The notes: generated by a model from the sequence alone, not told the origin. Positions 11,776-24,662 are shown, counted from the whole stretch's first letter. The stretch is 63,922 nt of DNA, filler included, from Reticulomyxa filosa (GCA_000512085.1; 14 parts of 14 records of this genome joined end to end with filler, not necessarily neighbours in it), one strand, 5' to 3'. Numbers and translations are program-made.

Positions 11776-14700
11776 AAAAAAAAGAAGACGCGACAGAAAG
11801 CGAAAGCAACTTTAAAGACTATTATTACAAACAACGTTGGCCCCTCGACGAAGTGAATACGACAGAAGATCGCGCAAAGATTTGCAAAGACTATTTGACG
11901 GGTATCCAATGGGTATTAGATTATTACTACCGAGGCGTGCCTTCGTGGGGATGGTATTACCCTCATCATTACGCCCCGCTAATCAGCGACATGGCACTTA
12001 TGGATGAGCAATTCCAATGTCAGTTTTCCCTTGGAGAGCCTTATCTGCCTTTTGAACAGCTCTTGGCCGTCTTGCCTATTGCATCCTCGCACGTGCTGCC
12101 CGCACCCTTTCAAGCGCTCATGACCAATCCAGAATCGCTCATCTCCAATATGTACCCAACCGACTTCAAGATTGACATGGATTACGCGACCAGTCCTTGG
12201 GAAGGGGTTGTGTTGTTGCCTTACATTGACGAACGCAAATTGAAGGAGGCCGTGGCTACAATTGATTCTAATCTTTTAACTGTTACAAATCTTACATATA
12301 ATACATATATTTATATATACATATATGTATATATTGTATATGTATAAGTAATAAACAAGCACAACGTGAAACACAAACAAATAAAAAGGAGGAAGAAAAA
12401 GTAAGAAATAAACACGGATGCACTCACATGTATCGGTATGATCCCGAAAAAGCAAAGGCCAAGATCAAGACGAGGATAAAAGGCCCGCAATCCTTTGGTT
12501 CGATCGTTGACGTGGTGTCCATCTCTGTCTTCATCGAACCCCACATCCAAACCAATCAAGGCATCTTCTTGCCCAGGCCGTGTAGAGGCAGCGTCGATTC
12601 CATTCCGAGCTTTTCCTCAATTTCGCATTCAAAAGTGCACCGCCCAACTTCAAAAAGTGCTTATATACATTATATATATATATATGTTTGTACATAAACA
12701 AGTTTTGATATTTTGCCAAATAAAATATGAATACATACAAAACCAGATATGATGTCAAATATTTGGAACAAAATCAAAGTACGAAACGCTGGTATTAGCA
12801 GTAGAAAACAAGTTGGAAAAGTTGGATGATGACGAAAACTATAAAGAATTGGAGAAGATAGCGTGGAACTTTATGACGCAAAATGAGACGTGTTTTGTGG
12901 ATTGGCCGTATTTGCGCGAGGCGCAAGTGGTCGGGGCGGGGACACTTGGGCGTCAATTTTGGTACAACGCGCACAAAAATGCAATTGACACAAAAGAACT
13001 TTCATCGCAGCAATATGATTTGTTCCGAAACGAAGCCGCGCAGTTGCGACAGGATTATCTCAACATACATGGCCTTGACGTGGGCGTTGTCCGTGTCATC
13101 GTGTACGTGCGGCCACTGTATGCCATGTCGCGTCCTCGCTTGCGCTCCAACGCACAATCAAAAAAGCAAGTGCTCTCTTTCAAAGTTTGGCATCAGGACA
13201 AAGTCAGTGTTCCTTTGCAGATCATCGTCAATGCTCGTGACAAAAACTTAATCCTTGATAATCGATTCGAACTCAAGTATTGTTTATTTCTGTGTTGATT
13301 TATTAAGTCTTTTTTTTTTTTTTTTTTTTTACAAAGATACATTTCATATACATATATGTTAAGACCAATAAATGACGAGTCCCAGCTTCAACTGAACAAA
13401 GAAGTAATGTATATTGGAAGCTTGCAAGAGTTTTTCGGGACGATTGGCTATGTGATCAAAGAACCGACAAAAGGTCTTGTGGACATACGTGTGACCAAAC
13501 GCTTTGAGCTGGTCAACTTTGGACATAGCGTCATACAATCGCGCAAACGCAAAGCGTTGAAATACTATTCGTTCGATGAGACAGTGTCGTTGGTCGATAT
13601 CACTCCGAACACGTTATCTCGAATTTGCGGAGTGATCATCGCCAAACATAACGACGAAGAATTTGAGATAGGTTTGAGAATCAAACTCAACTCACAACAA
13701 TTGATCATTCCTGAATATGTTCGGATTGTTTCCTCTTCCTCGTTTTCTCATGGCCGTGATAGCTCTGAGCGTTATCAAGTCGAGTTTTCACAAAAGTGTG
13801 TGGATTTGCTGATCAGATATAAACAACAATTCCCTCTCATTTTTGAGTTATTAAATACTATCAAAGGATATAAGCTTTTGTCGGAACAGTTTGCAACTAC
13901 CAAAGTTTGTGCTTTTTTTTTTTTTTTTTAAGTATTTGCAAATTTGCCTTTTTTGTGCTCTCACTTTTGTTTGAAATGCTCTTACATCCTCTCTCATTTT
14001 AAAAAACGGACAAAAAGACATTGGAAGATGTTTCAGAAAAAGATAACGAGGAATTGGGCATGGACGAAGAGAAAAGTGGGTCTGGCCTCTATTCTCAAGA
14101 TAATGGAGGAGCTGACGAACAAAATGAAGATTCTCAAGAACAAAAACAGAAACCAAGACACAAAGAAAAAACTCATGGAAAAAACACAAAGTTAATACCG
14201 CCGTCGGGAAACCATCCCAAAAAAGAATCCAAAAAAACAAAGGCTAGAAGGGAAGACATAGAAATGGCCTCAGACTCAGATTCCGATGACTCGCTATCAA
14301 AAAATATCATACCTTATTCCACTTCACCTTCTCTCTCGTCAAACGACAAAGGAAGAGAAAATAGAAAGCGACTGAGACAAATACAAAAAGCAGAAGGATT
14401 CCAATATCTCGTCAGTGTTGTCCAATGGCTAAAGCAACAAGAAATAGCTCAGTTGCCATTAATTGAAATGGACGCTGTTGTATTGGAAAAAGATACCATT
14501 TTGGCTATTCAAAAAGAAGCAGACCAATACTGTTAAATATTATATAAATATAAGTATAAACATAAATGTGTATTTACACTTGTAAGCATTAATTCACATA
14601 TATATTTATATGTGAATATAGATAAAAACAAATGCAAAATCAACCACGACGGGTAAAACTATTGAAGGTTGCGATTGAAGATGTGTATCCAGGTGATCCT

Positions 14701-14952
14701 AAAATTGCTTGGTCTCCCAGTCGTGGTAATCAAAGTTATCGTTTGGGTGATCGTGTATGTTCACTAAGAAGCGACTTTGGAATCCCTTTTGGGACTTTAG
14801 GAACTGTGGTAGGGATTCATCGAGACTTTTTGGAAGTGATTACAGATCGTGCTGTGGCTTCTGGAACAACTTTGCATAATCGTTGTAGTGATAACAGAGG
14901 GGTACTTATGCCTCTGAATACCGTTGTCAATATATCTCATATGCCTTTGTGA
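11776..14952 (+). CDS. XRN1: 5'-3' exoribonuclease XRN1, C-terminal two-thirds; introns 12282-12388, 12657-12746, 13277-13363, 13905-14017, 14532-14621
   Basis: YLTGIQWVLDYYYRGVPSWGWYYPHHYAP, PFEQLLAVLP, WEGVVLLPYIDE, LT|EEEKVRN, VDWPYLREA, and SH3-like LGDRV...PFGTLGTVVGI; contains apparent 1-nt indels and one in-frame TGA. Confidence 0.93.
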
Positions 14953-15848
14953 TTCAAATATAAGTGAAAATTAATAAACTTTGTTCCCAATTGTTTGTCT
15001 TGTTACAACCGAGTGGATCAATATTTTTACTTTTTTTGTTAACTTTCTTCATTATTTCACAGGTGAGAATTGAATGCTCATACTATTTTTACAAAACAAG
15101 AAACTTCCTTTCTATGATCAATAAGTATCATTCTGCATTATTTCAATAAAACCCTTTACAAGATGCAATACATTTATTCAGACAATTACCTCACGTTTTA
15201 AGTTTATATCTACCTGATGCTTTCTTTTTGTCAGCGATAATAAATGTTTATAGAAAATAAAGATTTATTTTTGACTGTATTAATAAAATTTGATAATATT
15301 GGTTCAAATGTTTTGTAATTGTTGTATCATTGATCTGTTTGTCAAAGGTTACATATCAATTACCCTCGAACATGAAGGCCTATCTAAGTCTCCACATGAC
15401 TTATAAATGTAAAACAGTCTTTATGAAGATTTTGGCAGTTCGCAACATGTGAGCGCAACTCTCATAGACCAATTACAATTTTTTTTTAATTCAAAACATA
15501 GTCATTGTATATATCGAAAGATTACAGTAAGTGCGTGTTGAAAGAATATGTCGTTTTAAAGTGCGGCTAGAAAGACACATTGTCTACGATATAGGACAAG
15601 AGACAGACAGTTGGTACGCTGTTGCTGAAACAAGTTTCAATTCTTTCGGCACATACCGTTACTTAAAAAAAAATTGTGAAAACGAAGAAATGTTAAAAAA
15701 AATGTATTAAAAAATTTCTAAGCTTATACCTTTAGTTTAATTTTTTCCTGAAACAACTGCAATAATTTTATGACTGTTATAACTAAAAAAAACGGTGTCA
15801 CCTGAGCTGAGTAAGGGACACTCTTTTTTTGACTTGTTGTTTTGACTG

Positions 15849-17222
15849 ATGAAAGTTCGAGTCTTTGTCTTTAGAACAAATATTTGTGAAACTGGTGAAT
15901 TGGTCGTTAATTGTGAAAAATCATGCTTTGAGATAACGTTTTTACACCAGCAAGTAACTCACGTGTTATTTGTCAACTGGGATTCGATAGTTGGTCTAGA
16001 CCGTATTCCAGTCAAAACACATGCAGCCACGAATCTTGTTACTTCATTACATTGTAATACTGAATGTAATCGGGAGCATCAGGAGAGTAACAACGGTCCT
16101 AAAAACAGCAATTATGTTCAATTCTCAAATCTCAAAGAACAACTCATTATCGAACTGAAACAACGACCAACAGTCGTCTCTTCGGAACAATCTTCGATTA
16201 TTACGAAAAAGGAGTATAAACATTCAATTGCATCCTATTACATTGGTATTGAATATTCCATTGACGATGCGTGGTATCTGTTAAATACATTATTGAACTT
16301 CAATCCTTGCTATTATGAGTATCTAAATCATAAACTGCCGTCATTCATTTGGATACCTTATTTAACACATCATTTTCGGGTATGGATCGAAAATATTATA
16401 TTGTTTAGTAATGTATGTTTATTCTTTTGGACTATTTATCAATTGTGCAAATATACGAATGTGATGTATTCAATCTACCGATTCTTTAAACCATGGATCT
16501 TTGAACCGTTTTTGATCCAATATAATCACTCATCCGTATTTCAAGAAATGTGTAATTATTGGCATCAAAAGTTTCAAATGTTGCAACCTCTTATTAGTCA
16601 AGGCATTATTACAAAAAACATTTTCCAATTTGCAATGAAAGGTAAAAATTTATTTCATTCAATTTGGAGTATCACCCAGCAAATAATGACAAATATTTCC
16701 GACATCTTGAAGCAATCGTGGTTTTATGAATCTGTGTTTTTCATTTATTTGCAGTGCAAGGAATGTTTTTTATATTTTAGAAACGCTCTGTCTTTCGATT
16801 GGACATATCTAAATCTAAATTGCAAATGGACAAACTCTTGCTTTCAAAAATGGCTCCATCACTATTTTCAAAGCAAAGATTCATCATTAAAAACACTTAC
16901 ACAAGTTTTTTCACAATGTAATCCAAACGCAAATCATTTCGCAGCAGTGGAACTAGTAAAGATTACCAACACCACAATAATGAATAGTTTTGAAAATTCT
17001 AAAATTGGAAACAGATTTGAATCTTTTACGCAATCCACAAATAATACATTAGAATGGTCATGGTTGAGAATTGGTAAACCTCTCAAACACATTTATGATT
17101 TTGTGCAATATTGGAGTGGTAGAGTTGGAGAATTTGGTCGACACTTGCTTCATAAGTTTAGCAAAGGTATATTGACTAAAAATAAAATATCAAGTGAAAA
17201 AAGAAATATTGATAACAATTGA
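15849..17222 (+). CDS. Intronless 457-aa hypothetical protein; possible N-terminal PH-like fold and central hydrophobic segment
   Basis: Long uninterrupted ATG ORF; hydrophobic stretch VWIENIILFSNVCLFFWTIY. Confidence 0.65.
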   Translation: MKVRVFVFRTNICETGELVVNCEKSCFEITFLHQQVTHVLFVNWDSIVGLDRIPVKTHAATNLVTSLHCNTECNREHQESNNGPKNSNYVQFSNLKEQLIIELKQRPTVVSSEQSSIITKKEYKHSIASYYIGIEYSIDDAWYLLNTLLNFNPCYYEYLNHKLPSFIWIPYLTHHFRVWIENIILFSNVCLFFWTIYQLCKYTNVMYSIYRFFKPWIFEPFLIQYNHSSVFQEMCNYWHQKFQMLQPLISQGIITKNIFQFAMKGKNLFHSIWSITQQIMTNISDILKQSWFYESVFFIYLQCKECFLYFRNALSFDWTYLNLNCKWTNSCFQKWLHHYFQSKDSSLKTLTQVFSQCNPNANHFAAVELVKITNTTIMNSFENSKIGNRFESFTQSTNNTLEWSWLRIGKPLKHIYDFVQYWSGRVGEFGRHLLHKFSKGILTKNKISSEKRNIDNN

Positions 17223-18349
17223 CAGATTATATTTGAAAAAAAATGGAGGTGTGGTTGTGAAAGTTTGCAATTTAATAAAATATCTTGTAAATATTTTTTA
17301 TTTAACTGTAATCAATTTTTCTTCGTGCGCAAAGGAATTCTGTTTATATTGATAATAGCAATGTATCACTCTTAAAAAATTCAATGATATTGAAACAATA
17401 TCTCTTTATTGTTTGAAATTTGATCGCTACACAAAGAACAGATTAATTAGGTGAAAATGCAATTTCGTTTTCAATCGACAAACAAGAAAAAAACATTATT
17501 TATTAATCTACACATTCCCTTCGATATAATTCTCATAACTCAGCAAAAAAAATAAGTTAAGAAGAAGACTTTCTTCGAGATAGAGTTTCATCAATAGCAT
17601 CTAAATTAATATCAGTGACGGAAGACTGCCATGAACACTGTATTATTTTCCAAACAAATGGGAAGCCCATCATTCATTAAAAATGAATGGAAATATAACA
17701 ATTAAATATTGCATAACATATTCTGATAATTTTTGAGGAAAAAAAAAGAAAAAAGAAAAGCCGCTGTGTTGTCGCAGATTGTCGATAGCTATTTGTTGAT
17801 GTAACGCTTTTTTGTTGTGTTTTATTTGAGAGCATGATGTTGGAGCGAGTCTGGGACATCCAATTGTGTCAATCTAATGTATACTGTATATCGTTGGGAC
17901 GAGTTATCTTACAAACTCGGACTATATTATATCAACACATCACCGGAGAACTCCAAACTTTTTCACAACATCCTTCTTTCTTGCACCTGTTTATACAATT
18001 TCATTGCATCACTCTATGTACAGTAGTAGTGATTTTATTATTATTCATTTTTATTGTTGTTACTTCAGCTGCTAAGATTCCAGTTGCTTTTCTTGAAAGA
18101 TACTATAGACTTTTGGTTATGGATATATACAAAATTTTTTTACAATCTGTTTTCGTGTGAAATATCTTTTTTATCATACCTATTCACAATACAAAAATGC
18201 AAAACTAATGAAGTAACAAAAAAATTAACTGAAAACAATAACTCCAAAGTCTAAAGGGAAACCTTGAAAACTGTAGCACTTAAAATTCTTTCCTTTTGCC
18301 AAGTTTGTTTGTATTACATGGTTTTGGATTGAATAACATCTTTTTTTTC

Positions 18350-19730
18350 AAAAGAAACTCAAAAATAAAGGAAATAAAAGCTTTGGTATAAAAAGGACAG
18401 TACTGAGTTGTGTTCGAAATCTCTCTATCTCTTTATCTCTTTTCTAGCAAACTAACATCTTGTCAGTACAGAAACATTGGAATTTTCAATCCAGACATGA
18501 CATTGATGGGTTGAAAACCAAGAAAGAGAAAATTACCCAAAATTTGAAAAATGATTCTATCTCAACAAACGCACATTCAAAATGATTAAAGTATTTAACA
18601 ACAAAAAAATCCTAATTTTGCAATTATATTTCTCTAATATTAAATAAAATGTTCAGTGTTGATTTCTGCAAATATCATCACCTATTTCAAAAGAATGTGC
18701 ATTTCTTTACAGCTGATTTTATTTTTGTCAAAAATACTCTTCTCACCAATTAGAAAATGAGATAACTAGACTTGGGCCATAGTTGTTGACAGCTTTTGTA
18801 TAAATTGAAAAAGGATTTTAGCTCAATTGCGATTCAAAAGGCAAGAAAATAAATGTATATTTACATTTGTACATTTGTAATAAATAGTCACGGAAAATTG
18901 CGATTGAAGATGTGCATCCAAGTGATCTTAATGTCTCTTCATTTTTGGCTGTGGTAATTAAAATTATCACTTATTTGATCATGTGATGCTTACTGAGTTT
19001 TGGAAGTAATCACACAGATCGTGTTGTGTATGATATAGGAGTACTGTGTTAATAAAAGTATGGACCAATATTTTTTTGAGAAAAGAAATATTTATATTTG
19101 GCTGCATTTTCATTTTGAAATGAAAATTGACAGTATATGTATGACATTAAATTGTAAGTACTTTCAAAAATAAAATGGTCTGGTAACTCAAAAGAAGAGT
19201 ATGCGTCTGCCACATTATGTGGTATCACAAATAAGCGTTTTGCTTACCGTTACTTGAATCGATTAATGATGTCTGGTTTTTAACCATGAATCGTTTATCT
19301 GAAGCAGGTTACGTCTCAGATTTCAGAGGCATAGATAAGTTTCCATAACATAAATGCCTTACTTGTAAAATTAACGTTGATGAAAACTCTGGCAGTCCGC
19401 ATAGATGTGAGTGCAAATCTCACCCAGACCCATTCACATTTTTTTTTCAAAACAAAAGGAAGACAATGATTTATTCTCTTGATTTGAACACGTCGAAATG
19501 TACTGCCGTTAAAAAAAATAAAATGATAAAATCAATTCTCAATGTCTTCATTTTTTTCATAAAAGATGTAAAAATGTAAATTTTTAGCAAACTACTGCAA
19601 TGATTAGTGAGTCCACGCTTGTTATCCAATGCAAATACGATTTCTTGATAAATCGTTAGAAACTGTTTTTAACGGACTTTTCAAAAGGGTGTCCTTTTTT
19701 TCCTTACTTTAGTTGTAAAAAGAGGTCAAG
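18350..19730 (+). repeat. Degenerate direct duplicate of ~14200-15850 (XRN1 3' end plus downstream intergenic DNA)
   Basis: 18898 TTGCGATTGAAGATGTGCATCCAAGTGATC vs 14669 TTGCGATTGAAGATGTGTATCCAGGTGATC; 19391 GGCAGTCCGCATAGATGTGAGTGCAAATCTCA vs 15434 GGCAGTTCGCAACATGTGAGCGCAACTCTCA; further colinear blocks. Confidence 0.85.
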
Positions 19731-19732
19731 AA

Positions 19733-20749
19733 ATGGCCTTGGTTGGGATCTCTACTCCAGGAAAACAAAAAGAATGGTGCTTGCAAGATTTTGAAATTGG
19801 AAAACGTCTGGGACGAGGTAAATTTGGGAAAGTGTACTTAGCTAGGGAAAAGCAATCCCAATTTATTATTGCGTTGAAAGTATTATGGAAACAATCGCTC
19901 ATCAAACATGATGTCGAACATCAATTACGAAGAGAAATTGAAATACTAGCAAATTTAAGACATCCACACATCATACGTTTGTATGGCTATTTTCATGACC
20001 ATCAACGTGTATATTTAATGTTAGAATTTTGTGCAGGAGGAGAAGTATTCAATCACTTACGTGCTGCACAAAAATTTGATGAACGTAGAAGTGCTAAATA
20101 TATTAACGCTTTATCTCATGCCTTGCAGTATTGCCATAAAAAACACATAATTCATCGAGATATCAAACCTGAAAATTTGTTATTAGATCATAAGGATAAC
20201 ATTAAATTAGCCGATTTTGGCTGGAGTGTTCATGCGCCCGACTCTCGTCGTAATACTATGTTTGTACATAAAACGCATTAAAAAAAAAGAAAATGATAAA
20301 AACAAAAGTGTTTTGTTACCAGTTTTTTTTCTTTGTTTTACACTTATAAAAAAACAAACATTTGCTTTTTTCGTTTTACACTTTACAAAAAAAGGTGCGG
20401 AACTCTGGACTATTTGCCACCAGAAATGGTGGAGAAAAAAAAACACGATCCATCCGTAGATGTTTGGGCATTGGGCGTGTTGTTATTTGAATTTGTGTGT
20501 GGCAATCCTCCATTCGAAACTAACAACCAATCAAAAACATTGCAAAAAATCAAAAAATTGGAATTTCGCTTCCCATCTCATGTCTCACCGCTTGCGAGAG
20601 ATTTAATGTTGCGGTTACTGGTCAAAGATCCTTCGCAAAGAATGCAATTGTCTCAAATTGCGTCTCATCCTTTTATAGTTAAGCATCTTAATAAGGTGAT
20701 ACGGAAACCAAAAATGTTTTCAATAGAAATACGACTGATCAAAAGTTAG
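19733..20749 (+). CDS. AURK: Aurora family Ser/Thr kinase; intron 20260-20394
   Basis: [60 protein letters not shown]|[11 protein letters not shown]. Confidence 0.96.
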
Positions 20750-21004
20750 ATTAAAATATGTGATAGTTGAAGTTTGGTCTTGTAAAAATTTTACAAGTAC
20801 ATAACTTTCAAGAAAAATTATTAAAACATACTTCCTCCGCAAGACTATTTAAAAAACAGCAAAAATTATTCAAATGCTAAAGATTCGTTAAATAATTGCA
20901 ATGTTTTTCATGCTCTCATTTTTCCACATTAAACACAGTCAAAAAATAAGGCTCAAGCCCTTCCAATCATAAAAAAAACTTGAGGATAACATCGCAATAA
21001 AAGA

Positions 21005-21789
21005 ATGGCCAACAACAACATAGGAGAGAATATAATTGATACAACTGTGGATGCCACTCTGGCAAACATGAGAAATGACGAAAGGCAAAAGCAATTGCAA
21101 CAGCTGATTGATCAAAACAAAAAAATACAAGACGCTCATACCAAATTGCAGCAACAGCAATACGCTGCTGGTGGAGATTTACCCGAAGGGGCAGAAGCTG
21201 TTACAATTGTGGAAGAAGTCGAAGTTCCAGCAGAAGGAGCCCAAGTTGAACAAAAAGAACCTGAGCCTAAACCTGAACCAGATCCGTTTATCAACCCTAA
21301 TATAATATATAACAGTTTTGAGCGGCCCACGTCGTATTATTTGCTGCGTTGGTTGTGGTGTGGCTGTTTTGAACCGAGATACAAAATTACCACAACTTAT
21401 GTTATTGGTGAGGAGTGGCATGGCTGTTGTTGTGGAGGGGACAGTGGAGAGCGTTGCTGTATTAGAGTTGAGTTTTAAGATAGTTTTTTAAAAAGAAAGC
21501 AAGAGTGAACAAGTTCGATCGAAAAAAAAAGGTAACGGATTCGATGGCTTTTGAGAACGTTGATGATGTGCAACGACGACAAACGTGTTTGTATGCGACA
21601 ATTAGTTGCTGCTGTTCTGGTTTTAGAGATATGGGTGATATTTCGTTGCTTGGAAGAGATGAGAGTAATCAAAGTGGATGGACTTTAAAACGTATCCATC
21701 ATAGCAAGAGAATATTTAACGAATTGACAAGGATTGTACAGAGCAACAGTAAACCAAGTGACAAAGACAAAGACAAAGAAAAGAAATAG
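21005..21789 (+). CDS. Cys-rich protein with bacterial PH (bPH_2)-like domain; intron 21467-21531
   Basis: RYKITTT...G...R|VTDSMAFENVDDVQRRQT...GDISLLGRDES...LKRI pattern resembles bPH_2; CCC clusters. Confidence 0.6.
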
Positions 21790-22091
21790 TCTTTTTCTTG
21801 TTGTTACATTTGTTTGTTTTCCCCGAATTTTAACATTTGCGTTGAGTGAAGACTATTTGTTTGTCATGTAAAAAAAAAACCTCTTAATTTTCTACCCCTT
21901 ACAGACTTTTTTTCTTGCATCTGGTGTGCCCCTTGTGATAATATTCAAACATAAAATGATTTCTCTAAAAAAATCATAGAAAAGCTAGTGTCGAAACAAT
22001 CTTAGAAATGTCACATGAAAGTCTTTTTTTGTTGATTGTTTAAATACAAATGAGAAACTCATCACAAATAAAAAAATAAAAAAGAAATATA

Positions 22092-24662
22092 CTATTCTTC
22101 CATTTCCAATTCCAAGCCTTTTTCTTTCAAAAATGCGTCCATTTTGGGCTCTCTTCCTAAGAAATTAGTGACCAGCTCCATTCCATCTTTGCTTCCACCC
22201 CATTTTAAGACTTTGTCTCGAAACAGCAATCCAACTGTTTGGTCCAGCAATTTTCCCTTCCCAAATTTGGTTCGAAACATATCAAAGGAAATAACTTCAC
22301 TCCACAAATACCCATAGTACGTGGCATCATATCCTCCTACCAAATGTGAGAATGTCGCCAAGAAGTTTGTATTTTCCGTTGCTTTGACGCCCCATATACT
22401 TTCACTCAATCTTGCACACAGCTGTTCTGTATTTTCTTGATGGATGTCGAATTTACCACTATGAATATATTGATCCAACATCCCGAAATACAGTTGTCTC
22501 GTGTGATGCAATCCAGAGTTTATTTTCCTCGATTGTTGTATTCCCTTAATCAATTCATCAGGTATTTTCTTATTATTGTCCTTGTAATGTCCACTCATCA
22601 TGTCCAACGATTCTTTGTCCCAACACCAATTTTCAAACATTTGAGAGGGAGTTTCCACAAAATCTCTTTCCACGCTTGTGCCTTTTTTTTTTAATATAAA
22701 AAAAAAAATAATAATAACAACAACTTTCTCTTCATATCTCCATTGTACAAGAGGCGCAAGGATATGACCTTACTCACTCTGGAAGAAAAAAAAAATAGTT
22801 AAAAAATTGGGACCAGAAAATCTCGCCAGGTTTGGTTGCCCACAGAGTTGGTGCATGACATGTCCAAATTCATGGAAAAACGTCGTGACTTCGTTGTGTG
22901 AGAGCAAACATGGTTTGTTGGGAGTGGGCTTTGGGAAATTGCAAATCATAACGTTCATAGGGACCTGCGACCCGGTACGTTGTCCATCATGATCGTAAAT
23001 GGAACATCCTTGTTGTAACGTCGTCATGCACGCGTGAGAGAACTTGCCTTCTCTCGGATGCAAATCCAACATAAAATAACCTACAGTCTCTTTTTTTCCG
23101 TCGATTAGCTCAAATGCTTGCACATCTTCGTGCCACAGCTTCGACGACACTCCTTGCACCGGAACAATCTTTAAACCAAACAGTTGTTGAAAGATATCAA
23201 AGCATCCTCGAATCACAAGTTCCAATGGAAAGTACTCCCTCAATTTTTCATTATCGATTTTGCAGTCTTTTTCAACACGTTGGTTCATGTAATACCTTGC
23301 AAAAAGTCCGCAAAAAAAAAAAAAAAAATATATATATGTATATATATTTTTTTTTGGAAATTGATTAAACAAACATAACTTCATTATATACATATATAAA
23401 TATATATTGTATATATGTGTGAACTCAACTCCAAACTCACCTTATGTCGTAGGGATGTATAATACCATCAAACGTTTCTCCGCATTTTGCTTTGTCAGCT
23501 TTTTTAAGTTGCAGCAACACTTCCAAATCTCTTTGTGACAAGTCTTGAATGCGATTCCACAAGTTTTGCAAGAATTGACTGACACGTTGGGATGTTTTGG
23601 CCATTCGAATTTCGCAGATATAATCACTATGATTGGCATATCCGAGCAGCTCACTCCGCATCTGTCGCAATGCTATGACTTCCTCTATGATCCGGCTGTT
23701 CTCCACTTTGCAACGCGAGTGGAACTCCAACTCCATCTTTGCACGTGTGGACTCCACCTCGCACTTGTCCATGATCGGCATGTAGTCCGGATACTGCAGT
23801 GTCACTTTGTAGTCATCCGACTCCTTGCCGTTGTAACGTATATGTAACCAATCTTCATCCATGCCCTTCAATTGCTCGCGGGTAAACGTAAACTTTGGGT
23901 TCCACAAGCTCAGATTGTTGTTGAATATTATACTTAACTCACTAATCCGTTTGCTTAGTTCTTTCATTTTGTCGTAATCTTTTTCATTCAAACCTTATTT
24001 ATTTTATTTAAATTGTTGTTAAAAAGTTGGAGTCTCAAAATTCTTGCACTCTAACATGAATGAAAGAAAAGAAGGAAGAGAGGAGGGGAAAGATATATAC
24101 ATATATAAATATATATATGTATATATACACCAAGGCCATTTCTTCGATAGTCTCGCAATAACATATGCAATAACCTTTTCCATTCGTTGTCCATTGCGCT
24201 TTCTTCTTGCTGCTTGTAAATTTCATCGTAGTAGATTTTGTACTGATTGTATACATCCCTACGCATACTCATGTCGATGCAAAATTTCGACAGCTCTTGA
24301 TTCATTTGCACACAGGTATCGCGAATGTGCTTGTGCGGTGACACATTTTGTAATAGGGACAGCAAATGAGATTGATAGGAATATTGCTGGGAGTGACGTA
24401 TCGGTAGAAGTAGTAGGTTTTTTGCATTCAGCTCGCTTCGGGACAATGACGCAATTTTGTCGTGGTATTTTTGGATTTGCGCTTGCAATGTTTCTTTAAT
24501 TTGGCAAATGTGATCACTGCGCTCAATGTTTAGATCTGGAAGTGTGGTAGCAGTGCGAAAACTAAGGGAAAACCAATATTTATTATTGTTCCTCCTCTGC
24601 AAACATCGAGAACGTGAACCAATATCAGACAAATTACGTACAAAATGATTTCGATAAAGCAT
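22092..24662 (-). CDS. Thimet oligopeptidase/neurolysin (peptidase M3A) with possible mitochondrial presequence; introns 23994-24130, 23296-23440, 22682-22813
   Basis: LDLHPREGKFSHA, FFHEFGHVMH (HExxH), FSG|TSVERDFVETPSQMFENWCW, GGYDATYYGYLWSEV, FLGREP; Arg/Ser-rich N-terminus. Confidence 0.94.

Noticed and set aside
15561-15653. tRNA-Sec-like stretch (TTCAATTC...TTTCGGCAC, ~93 nt)
   Set aside because: No anticodon stem or UCA anticodon; a cloverleaf cannot be formed
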